A stretch of DNA of 64,000 nucleotides from a virus (taxonomy: Duplodnaviria > Caudoviricetes): positions 3,145 through 67,144 of the IMG/VR virus record IMGVR_UViG_3300020472_000021; one strand, 5' to 3'. The first letter of the stretch is position 1. Every line of letters starts with the position of its first letter. The position numbers were made by a program, and so were the translations under genes. The notes below the pieces were generated by a model that saw nothing but the letters and a program-made list of their open reading frames with translations, did not search any database and was not told the origin of the DNA. Below are positions 10,003 to 21,400 of the stretch, piece by piece.

Positions 10003-11289
10003 TTATTGTGCGTATCTAGCTGTAACAGATGCTGCTGCTGAACAGCAACCACCTGATGATTGTCCATAATGTCCTTTAGGTCTTGTAGAAGCACCCATAT
10101 TAGTCTCAACGTCAGTTGAATAATCCCACTTAGTAGTGTGGTTGTTCTGCTGACCATCATATTGTCCCATCATATAACCCCAGTCCTGACCCATCATCAT
10201 GTTCTCTTCTCCATAAGAACGAACCTTAGATCCATTCTTAATACCAGATCCTGAAGAACCATTGTACTTAGTCCAAGGAGTTGTAACGTTGTTACCAGTT
10301 CCGCAATAGAAGTGACCCCATTTAGAAGGAAGTGGTTTACAAACTCCGTCAGGAGCAGCAGATGAAGACCAACCACCCCAACTATCGTTAGAATGATTAC
10401 AGTAATATCTGTTACCTGAGAATGAAGCCCATGTTTTATCTTCATCAGCACATGAAGCAGTATGGTCATTACCAGAAGGTGAGTTACCTGCCTGATACAT
10501 GATTTCTGAAGGGAAGTGTAACTTACCTACAGCAGAGTTACCTCCACCCAAGTTGTATCCATGCTGTTGTTTTTGTGCAGATGCACATGAGTTTCTGTCT
10601 CTGTTAACAGGCATGTTCCAACCACCAACAGTACCATAACCCATGATTCCTCTTGGGTCATCTCCTTCCCAACCGTAGTTGTGAGGTGAATATGTACCAC
10701 CACCAGGGTTACTACCTGATGTACCAAACATTCGTCTCATTCCAGTATGGAGGTTGATCGAAGATGTGTGGTTTGATGATCCAGTAAATGAGTTAACACA
10801 TCCATGACCATACCCAAAGTAATCACTCCAAGTAACATCAGCATATGTTAATGCACGGTCAAGTTGTTCACCACAATAGAAAGTAACGTCTGTAGCGTGC
10901 CAAGTTTTGTTTACTGTTCTCCAAGGATTAGATCCTTTGTATCCAGCAATCAGATAACCATGTGTTATCAAACTTCTATATCTAAACCCAGTCAAGGGTG
11001 AAGAAACAGCATTGTTCTGGCCAGGATATGCCCAGAAAGTTCCGTTCTCTCCATCAGATACTAAGTAAGCACCTCTAGTTTCTTCAGTTGTGCCTGGTAC
11101 ACCACCTCCTACATCATCCCATTCAGAACCACTCCAAATTTGTGCTTTCGCATCTGTGGAGTTCCAAATCATCTGACCTATATTAGGAGATGCAGGTCTA
11201 CTGCCAGCAGCAAATGATGGCAACTTCAAACCTTGTGTGGCTAAAGATGCATTACCTGTGACAACAGTTCCAACTGTTAACTGAGACAT
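10003..11289 (-). CDS. virion fibre / receptor-binding-like protein with beta-propeller-like repeats
   Basis: N-terminal LKLPSF...RPASPNIGQMIWN...QIWSGSEW module shared with the 1818-aa protein; Gly/Ser/Trp-rich GY..GG repeats; own late promoter. Confidence 0.6.
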   Translation of the reverse strand: MSQLTVGTVVTGNASLATQGLKLPSFAAGSRPASPNIGQMIWNSTDAKAQIWSGSEWDDVGGGVPGTTEETRGAYLVSDGENGTFWAYPGQNNAVSSPLTGFRYRSLITHGYLIAGYKGSNPWRTVNKTWHATDVTFYCGEQLDRALTYADVTWSDYFGYGHGCVNSFTGSSNHTSSINLHTGMRRMFGTSGSNPGGGTYSPHNYGWEGDDPRGIMGYGTVGGWNMPVNRDRNSCASAQKQQHGYNLGGGNSAVGKLHFPSEIMYQAGNSPSGNDHTASCADEDKTWASFSGNRYYCNHSNDSWGGWSSSAAPDGVCKPLPSKWGHFYCGTGNNVTTPWTKYNGSSGSGIKNGSKVRSYGEENMMMGQDWGYMMGQYDGQQNNHTTKWDYSTDVETNMGASTRPKGHYGQSSGGCCSAAASVTARYAQ

Positions 11290-11311
11290 GACTACCTATC
11301 TTTCTTAATTG

Positions 11312-11318
11312 TATTTAT
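11312..11318 (-). promoter_or_regulatory. T4-type late promoter ATAAATA
   Basis: Matches gp55 late consensus TATAAATA core, ~22 nt upstream of ATG 11289. Confidence 0.7.
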
Positions 11319-11671
11319 GACTTAGGATATTTATCTTTAACAGCAGCGACAGATTGATACCACTGACCGTCTTTTCCAGGAACTAAGCCTAATTCCATAT
11401 CATGCCAAAGTTTATCTAGTTGTTCTTCAATTTGTTCATATTCAAATTTTCTTTTGAAGTCATAAGTGGCTTCAGTTATGACACGTTTAACAACTTGCTG
11501 TTGTTGAGTATCCCAAACAAAATCAGGAGCCTGCGTGCCATCATCCTGTACCTTATCATAAGGTCCATTTACCCATTCAAAATCTTCATGAGTTTCAAAC
11601 GTAGGTTCGTTTGAATCTTGTATCTGTTGTACAGTTCCACTTTTTTTATGTACTAATGAAATATATGCCAT
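11315..11671 (-). CDS. tail-fibre chaperone-like protein
   Basis: RKFEYEQIEEQLDKLWHD...WYQSVAAVKDKYPK, a motif typical of small fibre-associated proteins; start at ATG 11671. Confidence 0.65.
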   Translation of the reverse strand: MAYISLVHKKSGTVQQIQDSNEPTFETHEDFEWVNGPYDKVQDDGTQAPDFVWDTQQQQVVKRVITEATYDFKRKFEYEQIEEQLDKLWHDMELGLVPGKDGQWYQSVAAVKDKYPKS

Positions 11672-11676
11672 TTTTA

Positions 11677-12432
11677 TTAACTGTAATTGTATACAATAAC
11701 GCAACCGCCACCGCCGTTGCTATTATCATGAGCAAAACTATTCTGTGAATAGTATCCATGACCACCACCAGAACCCCACTGACCATGAGTAATTTCCTCT
11801 TGGTTGTTATAATAATGGTGTGAAGAACCAGCTTTGTGCCAGAAACTAGAACCAGCAACTCCTTCATTGTTTGAACCGTGAGTCATTTCACCACCACCGC
11901 CAGGTAAGTTTATATCACCACCTGAAGCATTTCCACCAGGTCCGCCCTGATGAGGTACATCTGATTGACCACCTTGTCCACCACCAGCAGTACAGTAAGA
12001 TCCAAAGGAAGATGTACCTCCCGAACCACCTCTACCACCGTTACGAGCATAACCTCCTCCACCACCATATGTGTAGCTGACAGAGTTTACACTAGAAACA
12101 TCAATCCATTTGATAGCAGTAGCTCCACCGCCACCTCCAGCACCACGATAAGTGTTATCATTGACTCTGGCCCCGCCACCACCACCAGTTACATAAACTA
12201 AGACGTGACTACATCCAGAGGGTTTTGTCCAAGTACCAGAACCACCACTGGTGGATTTAGAGTTCCAAGTACCATTCTGTGAAGTATAAACATTCATACC
12301 CAACAACGATCCAGTAGATGCCATTGCAGTATAACCGCTTCCATTCCACAGTCTCAAATCATCATTTTGCAGATCCATTATATTAACTCCTGCGGAGTTT
12401 TGGATCTGGTCTACTTTTAATATTCCAGCCAT
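11677..12432 (-). CDS. glycine-rich distal tail fibre protein
   Basis: MAGILKVDQIQ N-terminus; GTWTKPSG..VLVYVTGGGGG, GGTSSFGSYCTAGGG Gly-rich domain. Confidence 0.75.
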   Translation of the reverse strand: MAGILKVDQIQNSAGVNIMDLQNDDLRLWNGSGYTAMASTGSLLGMNVYTSQNGTWNSKSTSGGSGTWTKPSGCSHVLVYVTGGGGGARVNDNTYRGAGGGGGATAIKWIDVSSVNSVSYTYGGGGGYARNGGRGGSGGTSSFGSYCTAGGGQGGQSDVPHQGGPGGNASGGDINLPGGGGEMTHGSNNEGVAGSSFWHKAGSSHHYYNNQEEITHGQWGSGGGHGYYSQNSFAHDNSNGGGGCVIVYNYS

Positions 12433-12441
12433 ATTTCCTCG

Positions 12442-15400
12442 TTATACGATAGCCCAGTTACCACCACTATTTATAGTGACCGTGTAACCGTTTGCAATTG
12501 TGATCGGACCTGCACTGACACAGTTTGTGTTAGCAGGTATTGTTACGTTTTCAGAAACTGTGTTTCTGTTAGACTTAAAGATTCCATAAGTATCAATCCA
12601 CATCGTATCACCATTGATATAACCAATGCCTTCAAAGTTAGAAGTACCACCAACATGTAAATCATATGATGGGTTTGCTTTGTTTATACCAACCTTAGAT
12701 ATTCTATGGATATCATTTCCGTTAGAAGATTCTGTCCAACGTGACGTAACGAATTCAGCATTGTTCTGGAAGAACTGACCGTTAAGGTTCATATCACCTT
12801 GTACGGTTAACTGATAAGTTCTTGCAGTGTTGTTGTTTGGATCAGTACCAGAGTTTGTAGTAGTGTTAATAGAAACTCTATTATTACTACCATCAACAGC
12901 AATTGCTGGTGTAGTATTCCAAGTTGTTCCACCGTTATCAGTAGATGCTTGAATTGCAAAGAAATGGTTACCTACTGTCTGGTTACTAACTCTGAAGTTT
13001 CTATAAGAAGAAGAACCACGTAGGTTTATTCTTGCACCAGAGTTATCATCATCCTGATCAATGTTAAGTGTACCAGTAATCATTGCAGTACCAGCAACTT
13101 CTAATGCGAAGTCTGGTTCACGGTTGATACCAACACCTAAGTATCTAGATGCAATAACATCACCAACAACACGTAAATACAGATCTGATTCTGTACCTTC
13201 CATGGTGAATCCTTCACCATACTCACCAGCTGGTGATGCTGAATCTGCATGGTTGTATCTAAGAGTACCAATTTGAGAGTAACCACCAGTATGGTCGGAG
13301 AATCTAATTCTTGCACCTGTAGCAATAGCATTGGTTGCTGATTTAAGGAATATACCTTCATCACTACGAAGATCAAGAGCAGCAGAAGGAGAAGTACCTA
13401 CGTTAATACCAACTCTATTAGCACTTGCATCAACAAATAGAACTCCAGCATCAACATTCAAATCATTACTTAGAGTTGTAACTCCAGTAACACCAACTGT
13501 ACCACCGATACTTAAGTTAGAAGATCCACCAGCAAGTGTTAGTGAACCAGTCATGGTATCACCAGTCTTCAATACGTTAAGTGATGCAGCACCTGATAAT
13601 GAACCAGTAATAGTACCAGCAGAGAAGTTACCTGAACCATCTCTCTTAACAGCAGTATTGGCAATGTTATTAACTTGGAAAGTAATATTACCTGCGTTCC
13701 ATACAGTAGCACCATTAACTTCTAAACCATCAGCATTAGCAACTTTAACTTCTAATGTACCAGAACCATCAGTTGTAGTACCACCAGCAGCAATCAAAGC
13801 AACGTTGTAGTTTGATGCAGCAGATGCAGAAGAGTTGAAGTAAACAGCAGGACTAGATGCTTGACCATCCTTTCTACCAAGTCTTAGTTTTGCAGTACCA
13901 GAATCACTCTCAAGTCTAGTTACCTCGAAGGTGTTATCATCTTCAATAGTAAAGTCTTGGAATGGAACTCTGTTACTTGCAGTACCAATTGTCAGAGCAC
14001 CAGTAAAGTTACCAGAAGTTAATCTACCAATTAGAATACTGTAATCATTGAAGTTATCATTAACATCATCGTTAATAGTAATAGCATCAATTGTGTAACT
14101 ACCAACTGCCTGTGCGTTAGCATTGTATAGGTTAACTGGGTTACCTGGTGTGAATGGTGAACTGTTAAGGATTAAACCTTGTACATAAATCTGATACTTA
14201 GCATCACCATTAAATGTCTTGACTACTAATCTATCTTGATAAGATCTAGGACTAATGAATCCTGGTAGTCTGTTATCAGACATAATACCAGAGTTCAAGT
14301 TGTAAGCATTCTGATACCAATCACCTTGTCTATTATCTAATCTGTCAGCATCAAGATCTGAATCTACACCATCGTTAAGTGATGTCCAAACCTTACCCCA
14401 TGAACCGAATGTAGAAACACCTGTACCAGAACCTCTCATCCACATGTTGTCATTATCTGTGAATGCAAGTTGTCTAATACCACCGTAAGTAGCATCGAAA
14501 CCAGAACCACCATTTCTGATAGTCATAACTAGGTTTCTAGTACCACCATCTGAAAGACTGTTAGCACTGTTGAATACTGTGTTAGCGATAACACCTTCAA
14601 CGAAGTTGTTTGGAGCAGGGTTTGATGTGGGGTTGTTAGTACCTGTGATCAAACGAATTGTATTCTGAGATGAACCAGAAATACTAATGTTATATGTACC
14701 AGATAATCTATCAGTAGGTAATGTACCAGAGTTCTGGTTACCAGAGTTTAGATAGAACGCACCTTGAGCACCGTCAAGAAGGTCAGCATCTAATCCACTG
14801 TCAGCACCAGTTTTAAGTACAACAGAACCATTACCTGCTAAACCAATATCAAATTGTGATTTCTTATATCTCGAAACACCAATAGTACCGTAGAGGTCAG
14901 CAGAAATTGTTTGATCTGTAACTCTCTGAACGTCAATAGCAACGTTAGCATACTGTCTATTAACAGTACTTACCTTAGCCTCTAATACAAGACCAGATCC
15001 AGTACCTATTGCTGTTGGAGCAACTGTAATTGAGAAGTCAGCACTATATCCTGAACCACCGTTAGTTACAGTTACATCAGTTACTGCGTTACCAGATACA
15101 ACAAAGTTTGCCTTTAGATCAACACCTGATCCACCTGTTAGAGGAATATCGTAGTATTGACCATTAGTGTATCCAGAACCACCATTAGAAATGATGACAT
15201 CATCAACAAAGTTACCTTGAGTATATGTTGACTCGAAGGTCACTGGGGAAGCACCCCTTTCAAATTCAATAATCGTACCAGAAGCAATAGTCTGGTTGAT
15301 TGGATTGTTGATTGCAACTGTAGTTAATCCACCAGCAGTTACAATACCTGTAATATTTGTGTTTGCCTGTATTCCATTAACAGTATTCTTAACCTCGTGA

Positions 15401-18400
15401 CCAATCAGAGCATTCTGGTTTGTTTGGAATATCAGTGAGTTAGTTCCACTAGTTGCCTGTGAATATAATTGAGCAAAGTATCTATTTTCTGCACCTTTCA
15501 ATGATTGCATTGCAAGTGCATAGTTCTGGTCACCTCTTAAGAATGTGAAGGAGTTAGCAGCACCACCTGATGCCAATCTGTCTGTTTCAATAACACCAGA
15601 TGTAATATCAGCAGCAGCAATTTGGTTAGTAGATAGTGATACCCAGTTAGCAGCAAGAGAACAAGATGTGTTAACAACACGGTTAATATTAACTGTATTA
15701 GCAGTTGGTGTTGTACTATCGTCGAATGTATCGGTATCTTCAATCTTAAGCTTGTTAACAATAGTACCATATACTCTACTTTCAATTAAGCAGTTACCTT
15801 GTGCTTGTGTTCCAGCTCCTGGAGGAGCAGCGAATGTGATTGTTGGAGCAGTAGTATATCCTTTACCACCAACATATCCATTAAAGTCAATAATGGTAGC
15901 AGTAACAACTTCACCGTTAGCAATAGTACATGTAACAGAAGCAGCAACCGCACCACCACCAGGATTACCTCCTGAAACTGTGACAGCAGGAGCAATTGTA
16001 TATCCAGAACCAGAGTTAGTAACGTTTACTGTATAAACAACACCAGTTCTATATTCAGTAGACTGAATACGACCACCAGATACACTACCTTCAAATATAT
16101 CTCCAATAGTAAATGCTAGGTTGGAATCAAATGCAAATCCTAAGAACAGACTTGTTAGGTCATTGTTCAAGATGAAGGACTGTGAAGTATCCTGCTGAAT
16201 CGCAATGTCACCAGCAAGTGCTCCCTCTAGTGCCAATCTTTCTGGTTCGTCAGCAACAGTGTAAACACTGAATGGTCTCAAAGCAGGAATCTGGTCAACA
16301 GATATCTTACCTGAGTCTGTTAGTTCAACCAATGCTCTTGGAACAGCGTTCGTAGAGTATGGCTTGTTAATGAATGGACCTAAGTTATTTGTAATGTAAT
16401 CTTTAACTGCCTTCTGAGTAGGTAGTTTAGAGTCAGATGCGTTTGCACCACCCAATGTGTTGGAGTCATCGAATCCAGTAACAACAACGTCACCACCTTT
16501 CAGTTTCAAGAATTCAACTTCAGAGATCGTAACCGTACCAGTGAAGGTAATGTTACCAGTTCTGTTCTCAATTCTAGCGAATGTACCAACCTTGAAGTCT
16601 CCTAGTTCGTCAGTACCAGAAACATATACACGACCATAATTCTGTGATACCTGTTCGTTTGCTTCGATCTTAGTACCACCGTTCTCAGGTAGAGCAAGGT
16701 AGTTAGTACCAGATCCAGCAAATTCCCATGTATGAGATGATGAGTTAACAATAGATGGTCTGTGTAGGTTGATAGTCTTACCAAGTAATACACTTGTTGA
16801 AACTGCGTTACCAGTAGATACATCAGTCAGATCCATTCCACCACCAGTACCATCATCAATGGTTAACTGAGCAGAGAAAGGAGGACCAACGGTAACTGCT
16901 GAAACTACATCAACAAAGTATTCAATTTCAGTATTAGTATTGGTATAACCATTAATCTTAACAACGTAGTGCTCTAGTGGTTCTCTTCCTAATCCACTAA
17001 CTGTAAGAATTGTTCTACCAGTAGGTGTAGAAGATACGTTAGAGATAGTTGCAATATCAAATACGTATGGAGTAGCACTAAATCCAACACCTCTTAATGC
17101 ATACTGACCGAAGTTAGTAGCAGAGTTAGTAATAGATGCATAACCACCAGACTCACAAAGAACACCATCTGCACAGAAGATAACGAATACAGAAACCAAC
17201 TGAACATAACCATCATTGATAATCTTGTATCCAGTACCACCAAAGGAAACGATAGTGAATGCAGATGCAACCATCGACTTACCCTGATTAGGATAAGTTG
17301 CACTACCATCTAACTCTAGTCCAGTAAACGGACAGTTAGGTTGCTTAACCTTAGCACCATCAATAAATGCACCATTACCACCTAAGAAGGAGATAACAGA
17401 AGAGTTCTGAGTATATGGAGATGCCTCAATGATTGGATATTCATCATAGTCAGAACGAACAGCAGATCTAACATTGTTAGAATCATAGATGTAACTATCT
17501 GGATATGATGTTAATAATGCAGTATCATATAAAGTACCTGTTGTTTGTGTAGTTGCACCAGGAAGGATTGTTCCATCTAAGATGTCTTCTAACAGATCCA
17601 TTTCTGTAGCAATAGAAGAAGCAATGTTAGCACACTTAGGAGTACCACCTGTGTATAGAGTAATGTTCCAATCTTCGTACTTAGGAATTGGAGAAGTAGT
17701 TACAACCTGATCGTAAACGATAACAATACCATTTGCTAATCCACTTACGAATGCGTGTGTAGAAGCACTAGCAGATCCAGCAGCACCTACGTTACATGTA
17801 ACAGTGGTATTACCACCAGCAGATGATACGTTAGTAATTTCAAGTGATTTACCATATGCTTTCTTATCAGCAGCAACTCTTCTTGGATAAGAGTGCTCAG
17901 TAGCATTACTATCTACATCACAAGTAAACTTAAGTGCGTTCTCTCTAAATGCAATTCTATGTGATGTCTTAACTGCCTTAGAAGGATCTGGGAATGTTAC
18001 TGTTAAATTACCAGTAGATGCTGTGTAAGTAGCAGCATTTGCTGTTCCAACATGAGGAACATTTGAAGCAGCACCAACGTTAACAGTAATAGTTGTTGCG
18101 GTTACTGCACTAATAGCAAGAGTTGCTCCAGATGCAGGGTCAGTTGCTCTTGGATAAGCATGGTTTGTAGAGTTAGCATCTAAGTCACAAGTAAATGTAA
18201 CAGCACCATTTGCGATCTGTACAGTGTTACTTGTTGTTAAACTATGAGATCCAATCTCCAATACCATATCACCAGATGTAGCATTGTAAGTTGTTCCAGC
18301 AGCTGCTGTGACAGCACTACCAGCATTAGGAGTAATTCCTCCAGCAGTTCCACTTACGAATGTATGAGTTCCAGCATATCCAGTCCAGTTAGAAAGTGCG

Positions 18401-21400
18401 TTGATTGCGTACTCTTTGACCTTCTGATAAGCGTAAAGGGTTTGAGCAAGCATTGATGGTTGAATACCAGTTAACGCTGTTCCTGTGAAGTATAACTCTG
18501 CTCTAGAAACGATACCAGAGTTACCACCAAGTACAAGGTCACGAACCAATCCACCAAGAATCAATCCAACGTCTCTACGACACTTTCTTTGATTAAGATC
18601 GGATAGATTTGCATTAGGATATTTCTTCTCTACATCTAACAATACCTGATCAGCAATGAGATCTTTGTTACGTGCAATTAAGTATGCACCATCAAGGTAT
18701 ACGTTAGCAGCATTATTTGATAGAACATCTACGAAGAGATATGAAAGAGTATCAATAGCAGCTCTTACATCATCACAACGTGGGCTACCAGCAGTAGTGT
18801 TGATAATTGTTGTATCTCTATACTGGGTTAAAGCAGTATGCTCTGCGACATATAGAGGATCTGTAGTCAATCTACTATCACCAGTATGCCAGTTACACAT
18901 AGCATAGATTGCTAATTCTCTAGCATATTCTATACCACGTACAGTTTGAATAATTTCATTCTCTACATATTCTACTTTTGCTCCAACAATATATTTCTTA
19001 GCAGCTTCTATAACGTTATGGTTAGAACCATACTCTAAGTCTCTTATAACAGCATTCAAGAAATGTCTAATGTCCTGCTTACACTGTTCATCACCATTAG
19101 GTTGATTGTTATTACCAGAAGTAGGAGGACTGAATGATGGATATGTCTTTTGTCCAGAAGAACAAGACATTAAAATACTATCAAGTTTTATAGTAGCATC
19201 TTCTGCAATATTTGGAACAGCAGCAGTTACAGTAACTGTAGCAATACCAGTTATAGCATTATCATATACAAAGTCTGAAATATTATAAGAACTACCACCA
19301 AAATCTACAGTACCACCACTAACATAAGTGTGTACTTCGGGTGTTTGTCCTAAGTATACTTTAAATGTTGTACCACCAGTAGATAGACAATTTGAAGCAG
19401 CTCTTACAAATGTATGAACAGTTTGAGGTCTGTTCTTAACACAATTTGTGTCAGCAGTAACAAATGTATGAGCAGTACTTGGTCTAAATTTAATTCCGTT
19501 AGTTGATCCACTTATAAATGTGTGAGCATAAGATCCACCACTAACAAGACCACCAGATGTAGCACTAACAAATGTGTGTGAATAGTTACCACCTGAAACT
19601 ACGAATCCCTGATTAGCAGATACGTATACGTGTGCGGATGTATCAGAAGATGTACCAACATTAACTGTTATAGTAGTTGCTGTTGTTGCAGTGATAGAAA
19701 CAGATGTATTGTATGCTGGATCGTCAGCAGTTGCACCACCTTGACCATTTGCACGAGGATAAGAGTGCTGTGTAGCATTACTATCTAATCCACATGTAAA
19801 TGTAATACCTTCATTTGTAAGGCTAACACCTTGTCCAGTGTTTAAATTATGAGTACCAATGGTCATCTCAAGAAGACCAGTAGCAGGATCGTAAGTAGCG
19901 TTAGTTGGTGTGTACTCTACAGATGGAGAAGCACCTACATTAATTGTTATATCACCAGATTGATGAGTTAATCCACCAGTAATAGCAGAAACAAATGAGT
20001 GTGTAGATGTATCACTTGAAGTACCAACATTAATTTCAAATGTATCTGTAGCAACTTGTGATACTGCTAACCAATCACCACCACCGCCAGGATCTGAAGT
20101 TCTTGGATAAGAGTGCTGAGTAGCATTATTATCTAAACCACATGTGAATGTTAAAGAGTTATTTCCTAATCTAACTCTATCACCATTAGAGAATCCATGA
20201 CCAGCAATAGTTAATTGCATTACACCTGTTGAAGGATTGTAAGCAGCACCTGTTACAGTGTGGGCAGTATTACCAACAGCAATAACTTCTAAAGAAGAAT
20301 CATATGCTCTATCTCTCTTTTGTTTGATTCCATCAGTAGTAGCAGAAACAAATGCGTGAGTAGTCTGGTTTGTAGAAGGAACTGTGTCAAGAACTTGAAT
20401 TGTATATGTGTTAAGAGTTACATTCTGTACAGGAATCCAATGACCGCTGATTGGGTCAGTTGCTCTTGGGTATGTGTGGTTTGATCCGTTATTATCTTCT
20501 AAACAAGTGAATGTTAATGAGTTATCATCAAGTTTAATAAGATCCCCATTTGACATTCCATGATTAGGAGTTGTTAATGTTAATAGACCAGTTGAAGGAT
20601 TGTATGCAGCGTTAGTTGCTGTATGAGTATCAATGTTTGTTCTTGGATAACTCTTATTAGCAGTATTACCATCCATTGCACAACTGAATGTTAGAGCACC
20701 ATCAGCAAGTTTGATGTTATCTCCAACTTGTAAATTGTGAGCACCAAGAGTAAGAACCATATTACCAGTAGATGCTGTGTAAGAAGCATTAGTTGGTGTG
20801 TATGTTACCTGTGGTGATGTACCAACGTTAACAGTTAAAGTACCGTCTTGTCTCTTTAATCCGTTAGATACAGCAGAAACAAATGTATGAGTTGAAGTAT
20901 CCTGAGATATACCAACGTTAATATCAAAAGTATTTGTCGTTATATTACCAATCTGTAACCATCTTCCACTTGCTTTATCATATCCAGCACGAGGATAGTC
21001 ATGATTAGAACCATTACTGTCTAATGCACAAGTAAGTCTTAATGAATCATCATCAAGTTTAATATAATCTCCATTACTAAATCCGTGACCAGAAACAGTT
21101 AATTGTAAAACACCTGTCGCAGGAGTATATGTTGCATCAGTTACTGTGTGTTGTGTCTCTCCAACTGCTGTAACTCCAATTGCTTGGCCAGAAGTAGGGT
21201 CAATATCTAGTCTAGGATAACTATGCTTAGTCGCATGACCATCCATAGCACAAGTAAATGTCAATGCATCATTGTCTATCATGATGCTATCGCCTGTGCG
21301 AATTCCATGCTGCCCAACTGTCAATACCATGACACCTGTAGCAGGATCATATGTAGCACCACTTGCTGTAAAGTCTCTATTAGTACCAGCAGCACCAACG

